DNA of 64,000 nt from Azolla caroliniana (taxonomy: Eukaryota; Plantae; Polypodiophyta): contig JBHGNT010000014.1 in the NCBI GenBank assembly GCA_043228905.1, positions 16,492,001 to 16,556,000 of the forward strand. Direction: 5' to 3'. The position numbers and the translations under genes were made by a program. Below the pieces are notes generated by a model that saw nothing but the letters and a program-made list of their open reading frames with translations, was not told where the DNA came from and ran no database searches. This document shows, piece by piece, positions 1-13,091 of the stretch; the stretch's first letter is position 1; each line of letters opens with the position of its first letter.

Positions 1-540
1 TTTACCATAAATAGGATGCAAAATTCTCAACATCCTTTTCCAAATTCCTCTAGAAATAGGACATACCCATAAAACATGGTGAACCGATTCAATGGGAAAC
101 CCACAACTATCACATTTTAAATCATGGCAATGGCCCCACATCCATGACTTCACAGAACAACCATCCAAACAATAAATTTTTTTAGGAATTTGCATGGCCC
201 ATAGCCATTTCCAATAAGCATGTATGGTCTTCAATATAGTTTTAGTTCAGTAAGATGTTTATGTTGTCATGTATGGTGTTTATGGGCATCGAGATGGTTT
301 TTGATACTCTTCAAATTGGTTCTCTTTCTTTCCTATTGCCTTTGAGGTACTCACAAATAGTAAACACATATACATACTAAATGCATAAATACATACATAC
401 AAGCATGTGTGCATATGCACATACATACATACATACCTATATACATGTGCACATATGTACATAGATACACACATACGTACATACATACATATGTATGTAT
501 GGTATGGTCTTCATGTGCAGTTTAGGGTCTTCTTTATGGT

Positions 541-829
541 TATGTTCTATATGGTCTTCCATATGGTTATGGTATGTTCTCGTCTATGGTCTTTGAGATG
601 CTCTTTAAGCACAGTATATTCTCGTCTATGTTCTTGTATTGTTAAATGATTATGTTTATGGTGTTGTTAAATGCTTAAATGTATGTTCTATATGGTCTTC
701 CATATGGTTATGGTATGTTCTCGTCTATGGTGTTTGAGATGCTCTTTAAGCACGGTATATTCTCGTCTATGTTCTTGTATTGTTAAATGATTATGTTTAT
801 GGTGTTGTTAAATGCTTAAATGTATGTTT
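541..829. repeat. Direct tandem duplication, ~141-bp unit x2
   Basis: TATGTTCTATATGGTCTTCCATATGG...GTTAAATGCTTAAATGTATG starts at 541 and again at 682, with very few substitutions. Confidence 0.85.
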
Positions 830-2161
830 ATTATGTGCATGTTTATCATTTTTCACTTTATATATATTTTTAATGAAATTCTTTGTATGGTCTTCATGTT
901 TAGTTGTATGATTATGTTCTTGTCATATGTTTATATGGTTATGCATATGATTTTCATTGGTTTTTTATATGGTCTTGGGGACATTCTACAATATTTATAT
1001 GTTTGGTGCTTTTCAATATGGTCTTCAAGATGTTCTTGGAGATGGTCTAGTCTTGTCTTTTGTCTTGAGGTACATTACATGGTTATGCATATTATTATCT
1101 CTGGTCTTCTAGGCCATTTTGGATATGATATTTGATATATTCTTGTAAATTGGTTTGGGCTTATCTATGACCTTCGAGATGGTCTTCAAAGATGATCCTG
1201 TTTATTGAGATGGACTTTAATATAGTCGTCAAGGTGTTCTTGTATATGCTCTCATATTGTTTATGGTCCTCGAGGTGGTCTTGTATATTGAGATGGTTGT
1301 CTTTGTGAATGTTTGTGGTCTTGTCACATTTTTATGGTTGGGTTTATGAGTATCTATTCACACACACATTCTCCTTATACCAGCATTATTTATACAATGA
1401 AAAAGCCAAATGGTCTCTCATGTTCCATTAGAAATACACATGGTTAACAATAAAAAAAAGCAACTTCCAAAAAGCATTAGAATCACTAAAAAGCCAACAA
1501 GGTCACAATCTTCTTGAGAGCCGCCATGAGCCGCTTCTCACGGATCTCGGCCATATAGTGACCCGTGTTTCTCACTCTCAGACGCCACTCACATTAGTTC
1601 AAGGAGATTCGAGGCCAATTGTTGATTGAGGGCACATTATACGCATGCCGAAAAACCCACGTGGAAAAACAACATATGTTTCACATATGCTCGACAAACA
1701 AAAATTACAATCTTGTGAATACTTAAGGCACATCCCAAAGGCGATCATGTGACCCCTAACACCTTTGAAAACCCCAATGTGATCATGTAAATATGCACCT
1801 TTGAAATTAATTCTTGTTGAACATGGGGTTCTAACATATACGCATGTTTTGTGTACATATTCATATTCACCTTCTTACATGCACTAACATAACAAAAAAT
1901 ATAAACAAGATTATAAGCAACAAATAGTTCTTTTATATAAAAGAGAATCTCAAAGATCATGTCGCTTATTTCATACAAATGATCTACTACACTGGCTTAA
2001 TTTTGTCTCATGAAATTTGGTTAGCACTAGAAGTATAGAGATATCATCGTGAGCTTTAGCTCACACCCAACTCCATGACATCTTTTGGATTGTTCCCATC
2101 GTAGTATTAAGGATCATACTGTAACAAAATTGATGTAACCAAAGCTACACTAAAAAATGTC

Positions 2162-2988
2162 TCAATTTTGGTTTATTTGTGTACAAACATTTCGTATTTC
2201 TCCTTCTCCGTCCTCTCCAGTTAGCACGCCAATAGCTGACATCTTGATGATTGAATCCACAAACGATTGAAAGAAATCATTACTAGACAAGGCAAATTGG
2301 TTCACTAGATCTTTTGTCTCGGGATGTGCAAATAAAGCTTGGTCTGTTAACAATAATCCCATGTTATTTTGGAGACCTTTATAGTAGGAGTTGTCAAATT
2401 CAAAAGGAGAGGAAGGATCTAATGGCACAAAAACGTTGTTATTCAATTGTGGGCAACTTTGACGAATATCTTGCACAAGGGATGAATTCAAAAATGGATC
2501 TCCATCTATCATTCGGAAAGTGAATTGTCTACACTTTGCAAAGCCAATGGTATGGGCACCTATCTACATGATTAACATGATTAACAACATGAATGTATAG
2601 ACAACATGAGTTGTGTAGTTAAGAATAAAACAAAATAAGGTGTTTTAAAAAATGTTGATGTAGGTATACCTGAGAGAGACACAAGGTCTTGGGCATCAAG
2701 TCCCTTGGATATGAAAAGAGATATCAATTGGTCAACAGTCAAGTTAGATTGTGGTATGTTTCCGATGCCATTGGTTGCAAAAGACGTTCGACTATCTCTT
2801 CGTCCTAATGCAACTTGCCATGATGGTCCCCCAAGCTACAATTTCAATACAATCCATTAATGAAGTTAGAAACATTGTGTGAGACATTATATTCTAAGTT
2901 CTTTTCCTAGTGCGCAATAGATTAGAGAAGTAAAACGAACAAGGATATTGTGCTTATCTCTTACCATTGAGCTATCATATTATCTTCA

Positions 2989-3021
<33 letters not shown>

Positions 3022-3712
3022 TGTAAGGTATGGGAACTTACAAATATTATTGCCTCGCGTGCTGCAAGAACAATGATATCTGCACAAGAAACTACTCCGG
3101 GGCAAATTGATTCGAGGGCTCCTTTGATCTCATTTATTGTATTAAAGGCTTGTTGTGGAATATCATTATCCAAATAGTCCCTCTCAGCAAGATTGTCGGG
3201 TGTGGACGAAATCAAAATAGAGGCATCACATCCCTAGAAAAGTTAAGGTAAATGAGCCATGGGTGGGCATAATGTTAATTTCTTTATTTCGAAATGAATT
3301 ACAAGGTAAAACATAATTATTCAAGGAATAAACTCTGTAATATCATCATCTATGATTTGGACAAAATATTAGAATTAAAAATATTTTGAGCTTTGTTTGT
3401 CAACTTGGGAAAACTTATTGGAGTTTTACATGCAATCCAATTTTTATAATTACTCTACTACTAAGAAGTGATACTCTACATTTTGAGATTCTTCGGTACC
3501 TGGATAAAGCAATCATGGGCAAGTAGCCTCAACGTTGATGGCGAAACTACATTGTTTCTTTTTGCCAATGATTGGAATGTACTGCTCACTATGGAAGACA
3601 AGTTTGGACATGACGTATCGTAGAAATCCATAGAGAGTTGCCCATTTGAAACAATTGCATTTTGTAGAACAATCGCCAACAAAGCGATAAGCAACATGAC
3701 GTTTTTGTCCAT
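2162..3712 (-). CDS. Class III secretory plant peroxidase, 322 aa, 4 exons: 3712-3500, 3233-3042, 2835-2670, 2559-2162
   Basis: Signal peptide, then QLSMDFYDTSCP, LRLLAHDCFIQ/GCDAS, CPGVVSCADI, LGGPSWQVALGRRDS, proximal SGAHTIG, FDNSYY, GEIRNVC. All 8 conserved Cys present. GT-AG introns at the three canonical positions; exons 2 and 3 are the typical 192 and 166 bp; 969 nt in frame. Confidence 0.96.
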
Positions 3713-4185
3713 AATTGAATATCCTTGAGGTTGTTGTTAATCTAGAAAGACATGTTAAAGGCAATGAATTAGAAAATCTCAACATAAATATAGGTGGGTA
3801 TGGGACCTTAAACAATTGTAATATGTACTCAATCACTCTTTCTTAGATAAAACTATATCAAGTTTGTGCTCCACACATGACACCCTTTAAGAAAACACTA
3901 TATTCCACCACACAAGGCCTTTGAAGTGTTTTAACATGATTAAATATGTGAAAGAAAGGGAATTGCCTATAAGCCTTTGAAGTGCCAAAATGTTATGATT
4001 ATGAATATGCTGGGGAAATATTGATCTCAATCTATCTCTGTATAGATATGCACTGAAATGTATATATATGTATCAACGAATTCAAAAAGTACTAATTGTG
4101 CTCGAGTGAACTACCAATCAAGAGTTATGTAGCCACACATGAGAGTATGTATTAATACTACATGTTAGTGTGTCTCCCTAATTAG

Positions 4186-4339
4186 AACATGTGTTGTGTG
4201 ATCTCTTATAAAACTCGAACTTTCAATAGCATTAACATTGTGTTGTATGTATTAAACTTACATAAGAAAATGTGTCTCCTGAATAGTAACATGTGTTGTG
4301 TGATCTCTCATAAAACTCAAACTTTCAATACCATTAACA
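4186..4339. repeat. Short direct duplication (~53 bp, ~101-bp spacing)
   Basis: AACATGTGTTGTGTGATCTC..ATAAAACTC.AACTTTCAATA.CATTAACAT occurs at ~4186 and ~4288. Confidence 0.75.
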
Positions 4340-4384
4340 TACATATATATGAATATGAAACACAATACAACCCTTTCTGTGTCA

Positions 4385-4702
4385 GCCTCTCTATCGATCT
4401 CCCAAGCATCTCTAGTATTGGTCTGATAGGTCATATTTGAGCTCAAAAGAGCCTCTCTATTGGTCTCCCAGGCATCTCTACTATTGGTCTCATAGGTCAT
4501 ACTTGAGCTCAAAAGAGCCTCTCTATTGGTCTCCCAAGCATCTCTAGTATTGGTCTCATAGATCATATTTGAGCTCAAAAGAGCCTCTCTATTGGTCTCC
4601 CAAGCATCTCTAGTATTGGTCTCATAGGTCAAAAGAGCCTCTCTATTGGTCTCCCAAGCATCTCTAGTATTGGTCTCATAGGTCATATTTGAGCTCAAAA
4701 GA
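4385..4702. repeat. 66-bp minisatellite, ~5 copies (one shortened by 12 bp)
   Basis: Unit GCCTCTCTATTGGTCTCCCAAGCATCTCTAGTATTGGTCTCATAGGTCATATTTGAGCTCAAAAGA at ~4385, 4451, 4517, 4583 and 4637; it produces the 22-aa repeat in ORF 4258-4698. Confidence 0.9.
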
Positions 4703-5811
4703 GGACAATAAAATCTCTCTCTCTCTCAAACCCAGAACTATGATTAGCATGCATGTATGTATGTATGTATGTATAGAACAGAATTAAACAACTCTTAATC
4801 TCTTAATCTCTTAAAACTTTTAACATGATTAACAAGAAGGACATGCAACTAGTAGGAGGAGAAGAGGAAGAATCATAACGTAAAATTAGTGGTTTGAAAT
4901 GAATACTGCACATACCAAGAGTAGTGATGATGGACTCAAAATATATTGTGCAGCAATGGTAGACAACTAATTGTAAGACAAGGTAAAGATAGGTAGGTAG
5001 GTTGATTGATAGATTGATAGATTGATAGATAGGCAGACAGATTGATTGATTGATAGATTGATAGATTGATTGATAGATTGACTGATAGATTGATAGATGG
5101 ATGAATGGATAGATTGAGACAGAGAAACAGAGCATCTGTTTATAGTAAAGAGAGATCAAACATAAGAAGACTGAGAGGGAATGAATGAATGAATGAATGT
5201 GGAGTGAGTGAGTGAGCAGAATCAGGTTCTGATGCAGACGACCAATCGCTCCACACCCACCCTTCTCTCTGTCTCCCTGGCCATGCTTCTTCTTCTTCTT
5301 CTTCTTCTTCTTCTTCTTCTTCCTTATTGATAAGGAAAACAAAAAAAAAGCTCTGTTTTTCTGTGGTTTTTTCTTTTTCTTTTTTCCTTTTTCACAATTA
5401 TTTCTGGGTGAACCTTTTTTTTTTCCCCTTCAGAAAATGATCTAAAAACAGATTCACCTTCTGCTCCAGATTTAGGCCTACTCCCCCCCCCCCCCCTCCC
5501 CATGCCTTGGCTCTAAAAAAAAAAAAACAAGAGAAAAGCAGAAAAAAAGAAGAAGAAAAAAAGCAAAAGCAAAAGGTTATACTTATTGGAGCCACTCTTA
5601 ATTAGGGTTTTTACCCCTGTCTGCTGCTGCTGCTGCTATGTCTGTGCTTACTTCCATTAAAATTTGTACCTTCTCCAAATCCTCATTGCCATCTTCATGA
5701 TCATGATTATCATGATCATCAATCACCAATGCTCAATCATCATCTCTTGTAGCAGATGATGAGCTTCAGCTTTTTACCTCATAATGGGATAATTTGATTT
5801 TTGATTGCGCT

Positions 5812-5867
5812 ACCCTAAACCCTAAACCCTAACCTAAACTAAACTAAACCCTAAACCTAAACCTAAT
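5812..5867. promoter_or_regulatory. Degenerate CCCTAAA (telo-box / interstitial telomeric) repeat cluster
   Basis: ACCCTAAACCCTAAACCCTAACCTAAACTAAACTAAACCCTAAACCTAAACCTAA, ~80 bp upstream of the tRNA. A regulatory role is inferred from known plant telo-boxes. Confidence 0.6.
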
Positions 5868-5947
5868 ACAACAGAGAGGAAGTCTCAGATTTTCAATTAA
5901 TCTGTTTTGTGGTTTTAATTTTAATGTCAGATAGTAAACACAACTCG

Positions 5948-6021
5948 GCTTTCATAGCTCAGTTGGTTAGAGCACCCGTTTAGTAAGCGGGAGGTCTTGA
6001 GTTCAACTCTCAATGAAAGCA
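5948..6021 (+). tRNA. trnT-AGT: tRNA-Thr (anticodon AGT)
   Basis: GCTTTCA/TGAAAGC acceptor stem; D-arm GCTCAGTTGGTTAGAGC; anticodon arm CCCGT-TTAGTAA-GCGGG; T-arm TTGAG-TTCAACT-CTCAA; upstream CAA and a downstream T-run at ~6055. Confidence 0.97.
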
Positions 6022-9000
6022 AAAAGCCTAAAAAAAATTCTCCTCACTTTCTTCTTTTTAAAATTACATCATATTTTGTATTATAATTTATATATATATA
6101 TCCCATGATCCATCCATCTTTCTATGTATCTCCAATTCCTTCCTCTTGTCTAAGCAATTATCAATATCTCATATTCTTTACTTCATTTTTTTATTATTAA
6201 TTACATACATATTTTATATTATATATATCTATCTATCTCCAATTCCTTCCTTTTGTCTAAGAAATTATCAATATCTCTTGTTAAGAAGTTATTGTGTGCT
6301 TATTAATGTTTGTAACAATAGATTGACCCATGCGTAATATTCTTGAGATTCGACATCCGTAATATTCGTGGTATTCGAGAATAGAAAATGGCCCTAAGAA
6401 TATTATAAAACCATTCGTTTACACATATATATACACATACATATATACACATACACAAACATATATATACATATACACACACATACATAGATACATACAT
6501 AGTATGAACCATACGTACCATACTAAGAAAAACACCTTCAAAGAATGATAAATACCATACTTTTGGATTATCTATTTATTATGAGGTAAATAAGCCTAAA
6601 AAAACAAAAAAAAACATTAAAAAAAAGGGAAAAAACAAAAAAAAAAACACAAGAATGTTTGAATAACATTCGCATTCGTTTTCCAACGTAGGAAAACGAA
6701 TGTTATGCTAGACGAACACAAATTTTACATACTATGGATACATATATACACACATACATAGATACATATACACACGCATACATATATGTGTACACAGACA
6801 TACATCAATAATTAATTAACTCATTAACATAACAATTAATTCACTTAAACATTAATTGATTCACTAATACATTAATTAAATTACAAATACATATCTTAAT
6901 TCATTAACACATTAATTAATTCATTGGAAAATATTAGTTAATTAATTAATAATCAATTAATGCATTAATAATTAATGAATTAGGGCTTTGGCAAAACTTA
7001 GGGTTTTAGTGAAACTCTGAATTTGCAACGGACAACATGATGTAGGATTAGGTAGAGCATGAGAGGGAGTCGATGACGTAGGCCGAAAAGAAATTTTTTT
7101 GTCGAAAATAGGATTATGACAGAAATTAGGGTTTTTTGTCGATACCCTAATTTCTGGCCGAGAACAGGATATAGAGGGAGGCGAGGGTGTAAGTAGCGCA
7201 CAGAGGGAGTAGGGTGAGGCGTCCTCACTTCCTGTTGGCCACTGTTCACTCGCTCGTAAATAAAACACTATTTTATTTTATTTTATTTTATTTCAAAAAG
7301 AAGAAGAAAAAGAATATATTTACGTGTATTCGTATTCCTATTCGTATGGATTCGTGGGGCAAGCTCCACGAATGCGAATATTTCAAAACAAATGTTTTTG
7401 ACCATATATTAAAAACCCTAAACCCCATATATGTATACATTTATATGTGTGTATGTGTATGTACATATATACACTTAAGAAGATATGTATGTATATACAC
7501 ATACACACATATGTGTGTGTGTGTGTGTGCGTGTGTATACAGTATATCCGTATGGATATATATGTATATACACATGCATATATACTAAGAAGATATGGTT
7601 GTGCTTTATTTTCCGTATGTAATGAATGAACAAGGAGTTTTTGAACATAATATACTTTCTAGAATTTCGGCCCCGAAACGTCCTTTCCTATTATCCTCAC
7701 TCTTCTGAGTGCCATAAATCTCATGTTGGCTTTCCTTTCGCTCTTCATGAAGCATAGTATTGGACAAAAAATTAATTCCTTGCACATTTTGTCCGTACCC
7801 CCACATCATTTGACTTATTCTCTCTTTTTTGCAATGTAATTTTATGTTGTTGTTTGAGGTAACGTTTAAAGATATTTTGAAGACTTGCATAAGGGAAAAT
7901 TCTTGTCCGACTTAGAGTTTTCAAAAGATCAACATATACGATTGAACTAAATTGCCAATTTTTGTTTTGGTCGTATGGCCTCTAATTATAAAGAAGAACG
8001 TGGAAATTATGTGTGCATCCTCCTCTAATAAAGACAAGTAAAAGAACTATAAGGTATACTAAAGAAATTCTCTTTTCATGACAAAAAGAGCATGTCCATA
8101 CCCAAACACAAGACAAGGGGATTGTCTCCTAAGATAAACACATTACCTTATATTGCAAGTAGTACAAATTACTTCCTACATTATTTGCCACGCATTCAAA
8201 GGGTCTTGTTCTTATGTTATTGTGTCATTAAACTTTCGTATTTTCATGAATCTAAAGACAATTATGACACTTGAGTCAATTGCTATTTCCTTGGAGGCTT
8301 GAGCAACTATAAGATCTACATCGATGATTATTCCACAAATGCTTTACCTTTTAAAAGAATTTAAGATAATAAAAATAAAACTTGTCCGAGATGTAATGAT
8401 ATCCAAGGACCAGATTCTAGAGGTGGTCGTTATTAGGGTTGTGAATGAAGATACCCCCTCAACTTGTCCACAACAAATTATAACCTCATGTTCATAGACA
8501 ACATAACAATACATATTTTGAGAAGTCACAAATACATACAGGTCCCTAAAGTGAATGTTATAGGTGTCTTGTGATTTGAGCCATCACCACAATATTCTCA
8601 AGGAGAGATGATTAACAACATTATGCAACTTTTCGTAATTCCTTACTTGAAGGAATTGGTGTGTGTATTCTCGAAGTTGTGTTATTGCACCAAGTACCCA
8701 ACTAACACATTACCATACACTAGCAAAAGAAATTCCACTTATTCTTTACCATTTCTTGGTGGACACTGACCTGTCTTCCACCATCATAGCAATCCACGCG
8801 CATTGCTTATTTATAATAACTTACTTGGTGATGCATCCTTATGTTTATCTTACATTTCTCCTCTTATGGATCAATGCAGGGAAAAAACAATAAAAAAAGA
8901 GCTATTTTTCCGTCCCATCTTTACATATTTCCTCTTTTTCTAAACATTTGAATCAACAATTTTATTTGGTAGGTACACAAACACACACAACACTAGTGGG

Positions 9001-9867
9001 GCAAAAGGTAGAATCAATGAACGAAATGTGAATGGCTCCTTTCATTATAGAAGGAACTTCGGATCGAAGTAACAAGTGCAAATATTCTATATTAATTTTC
9101 CCTGTTCAACTCCAGCGTGGCATCGAATGTGGTGCATATGATACAACTTTTGGATGGGTTATTATTAGTTATTAGGTAACATCGATAGTGCAATCCGTCT
9201 TGAGAGAGCTCGGAGGTACGAGGATTCAGGAACGAAAGGAAGATCGTTCGATGCAATAAGAGATGCACATATATAATGTTTGTGATTCGATGATCTCTCA
9301 AGGAATAAATAGAAGTTTTTAAGCTTAGTGAGTGGGGGGTGATGGTATAGACTATATACTATACCGTATACATATATGTACATAGAAAGCAAAGGCAAAA
9401 GAGAGAGAGAGAGAGATCCACTCAAGACCAAAAGGAAATGAGTGAAATGAATAGTATGTGGAGTTTTAGAGTAAATTATAGGAGCCCATTATTGTAAATA
9501 TTCTTTAAATTGGGTTAGTTTGTTTTGGCACCAAGAAGAGTAAAAAGGAAAGGAAGGGGCTTTTGCAAAAAAATAAAAACAGAGCATTGATGATATACAT
9601 ATATAGAAGAAGAAAATAGACAAAAAGCAGAGAGAGCATTAAGAGCCCAGGAGAAACAGAGCATTTTTTATTTTTGTGTTGTTATGGAGCCAAGAAACAG
9701 AGCATTGCTTGCTCTGCTTGATATCGAGTTGGGGATGTCTGAGGCTCACAAGAGTAATTATTAAGAAGCTTCTCCATCTCTGTCTCTCTCCATAATCTTT
9801 GTGTTTATGTGTTATACATACATACACACATACATACATACATTCATACATACATACATAAACTCTT

Positions 9868-10518
9868 ATGGGTAATGCCCATATATCAGGAAGAAGAGCA
9901 GGGCGTGCTCTTGATTACCACCATGGCCATGATATTCTCACTAACACTCATAATGCATCCAACCCTAATCACCATGTGATGACAACTTCTTCGGGGGCCA
10001 CAAGCCGTGTTGCCGGGCGCGACGATGCCCCATCTCATATCGTCGCGGACAACAACCTTGGGCATGATGTCACGGCCAACAGCCTTGGGCATGATGTCAG
10101 CGGCGACAACCCGCAGGTACAAAACCATAGCCCCGGGTTAGTTGATCATGCCAATCCCCTAGGACCTTTACCCCCCTACCCTTCCTCTACCCTTGACTAT
10201 CCACCAGGACATTACAACCTACACACAAATGGTCATCTTGTCATCAATATAACTCAACCAAATCATTCCTTTATGATTAGTGATGGAGCAACCCCTGGTC
10301 ATGTATCCTCATCATCCCTTGGTCCTGTATCCATGTCCAGTGTCTTGCCTCTTCCTCACTTTGTGGAAAGCCCTAAGGCAAATACAATCATTAATGATGT
10401 TAATGTTAGGAAGGACACGCTTCGTCTCGAGAAAGATCACGAGAATCCGGGGTTTTATCTTGTATCCTTCTCCTTTGATGCCACAACAGATGGTTGGTAA
10501 GTAATGTTTATTCACTTT

Positions 10519-10561
<43 letters not shown>

Positions 10562-11880
10562 TTTTAATGCTTTGTTTATTGTTTACATAAAGTTAATTGA
10601 TCTAAAACTTGGTGACATATATGATTTAAGTTACTTACTGTTGGATCTTATATGTTTAAAGTTATCTATGCCATGTTGGGCATGGTAGGAAATGAAATGT
10701 ATTGTTGTTTACTTGGTGGCATATGATATAATATTATAACAAACTCCTAATAACATAGGTATGCATAATAGTTATGCATATGTCATATAACATAGTGCCC
10801 TTAACAAACTTCTAATGACATACTTATGGATATGTCATAACCATGTGATTAGGAGCTATGCAAACTCCCAATAACATAGTTATGCATATCTATTATAACA
10901 TAGTGCCCTTAACAAACTCCTAATGACATACTTATGCATATCTACTGAACATAGTGCCCTTAACAAACTCCTAATGAGATACTTATGCATATGTCTACTT
11001 ATGCATATGTCATTTATCACATAAGAATTTGTGAAATATATTAGCTTATGGGCCAAGCTTCTCATTATTTGGCTTTAGATGTGTAGGATTTGCATCTTGT
11101 TTCATGCAAAAGAAGGTCGAGGATGTAGCTTGAATGCAATGAAACCTGAAGTATTTGCACCTCTTCGGATACCCTTTACAAAAGGGTTGGATCAACACTT
11201 TAGGCAAGCTCCAGGGACAGGTGTGGACTTGTCATCGCTCCCAGAGTCGGACCTTGTGGACGACGGTCCAATGGAAATCTTTCCGCTCATCATAAGGACT
11301 GAGACAATGCCCAAAGGGCCCCCATCAGACATTTCACTGATATCAAGAGACGGAGAGCCCGTTGATTCTCCATTACCCAATTGGGTCAATGCACAAATGA
11401 CACATGCAGTATTAGAGAAAAAGGATGGGAATTACATTGTTAAAGTTGTCAAGCAAACCATATACGTAGAAGGGGTAAGGTATGAGCTCCAAGAGATATA
11501 TGGAATTGAGAATGTGAATGGATGTGCAGCCATGGATGGGACCGATGTTGGAAAGGAATGTGTGATATGCTTATCAGAACTTCGAGATACAACAGTACTT
11601 CCTTGTAGACACATGGTAATAATCATTTTTAGTATCGATTTGGCTCAATTCCCTCCACATTTCGGTTTCGTTATATTTTTTAGGTGAAATTTTTTGTACA
11701 TGTGAACAACCCCATCTTTTATTGCTTTTGTAGTGTATGTGTAGTGGATGTGCTAAAGTATTGAGGTTTCAATCAAATCGATGCCCCATTTGCCGAACCC
11801 CTGTCGAGAGGCTTTTGGAAATCAGAGTCTCTAAGAAGGATGAGAAGAATGACATTGTTAATGAAGCAAAAGGCTTGTAA
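9868..11880 (+). CDS. LOG2: LOG2/LUL (MGRN1/RNF157-like) C3HC5 RING E3 ubiquitin ligase, 434 aa, 3 exons: 9868-10496, 11087-11615, 11734-11880
   Basis: N-terminal MGN (myristoylation-type). DAR2 domain motifs: [60 protein letters not shown]: [44 protein letters not shown] junctions keep frame (1305 nt). The symbol denotes the family, not proven orthology. Confidence 0.93.
10735..11000. repeat. Degenerate ~56-bp tandem repeat in RING gene intron 1
   Basis: Recurring AACATAGTGCCCTTAACAAACTCCTAATGACATACTTATGCATAT units. Confidence 0.75.
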
Positions 11881-13046
11881 CTATTCAAACAAATGCATTT
11901 GGAAGAAGAATCACTAAGTAATTCAAAATCGAAGCGAGGGTTTTGTTGTATTATGTAGTTTTCCAGAACAAATTCTCATGTAGCATATATAACTTGGAAC
12001 AAATTATAGAAAACCAAATATGTAATGGTAAACATGACTTTCAAGATACACCATGAAAATGGATATTCATGTAGAGGCACATATATCATCAGTAGAACTT
12101 ATGTATCTACGATGATGACTGGATTAAAGTATCTAGTATCTCTTCTGCTAGAATGGTGATTGATATTTCACAAACATTATGTAACAATAAAAACTCTTAA
12201 ACTTTGCGCCTCCAACATTTTGTCAAGACAGCCCAAATAAGGAAGAGCCTTGTAAGTAGATCAGATGATTCTTCAAAATCCAGTTCCTTCTTTAGCTAAT
12301 GCCCTTATGCTACCAAAGTTGGCTTGTTTTTTGTGCACAAAACCACCAACCTTCTACTAGAATTGATTTCTATAAGAGGATGGAAATGTTAGATATTGGT
12401 GATGAAACTTGATGTTCTAGAAATAAAAAGGCATACTTTTTATCGCGTTTGAAATGTTTAGGACTATAGCACATAGTGGTAATTGTAGAATGCTTTGCCT
12501 GAAATCATTTTGTACAATTTACAACAAATTCAACAATCAATATATAACCATGGCATTTGGAAAATTCTTCAAGGAATCTTATATATGAAATCTTCAGCAC
12601 ATAGCTCCTGAACTAGACAATTACTAATACAAAAACACTTGTTTTCTTATACACTTGAATTAGGATATTTCTAGGTTGCCCTTTCACTATTTCCTCTATT
12701 ACATACTCCTAATTATTCCACATAACCATTGTTGGGTGTTCCACATCAGACTTGAATAAATAAAAGGAATACTTTCATCAATTTGTAATAATTTAGACAT
12801 TTCACTTTTTAAATCATCGAGGATTACCACTAGTTAGGATGTGCACAATGTTTTCATGTTTGATGAGAGAGATGGAGTTAATGTATATTTCACAAAAGAT
12901 GAAGGGAGTATTGATATGATAGTTGTGTATATTAGAGCAAGTGAGTTGTTCCCCTTGCATATTGGTGCATCAACATGTCCCATTAAGTTAATTGCAATAA
13001 CTTTGAAGTGTTTGGTGCCTGCAATTAATATAATTATGCATAATTT

Positions 13047-13091
<45 letters not shown>

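Noticed and set aside
4385-4702. Regular repeats resembling a CRISPR array, and a 146-aa repeat ORF
   Set aside because: Head-to-tail minisatellite with no unique spacers, no cas genes and a eukaryotic context; the ORF is a by-product of a 66-bp unit.
4924-5090. Box C (GTGATGA) snoRNA candidate
   Set aside because: No suitably spaced box D or terminal stem; the downstream sequence is GATA/GATT microsatellite.
5760-5870. Telomerase RNA template candidate
   Set aside because: Many tandem degenerate repeats instead of a single ~1.5-unit template; no USE/TATA promoter recognised.
7600-9350. Several short ORFs in the intergenic region
   Set aside because: No recognisable motif or consistent exon chain; possibly very old TE debris.
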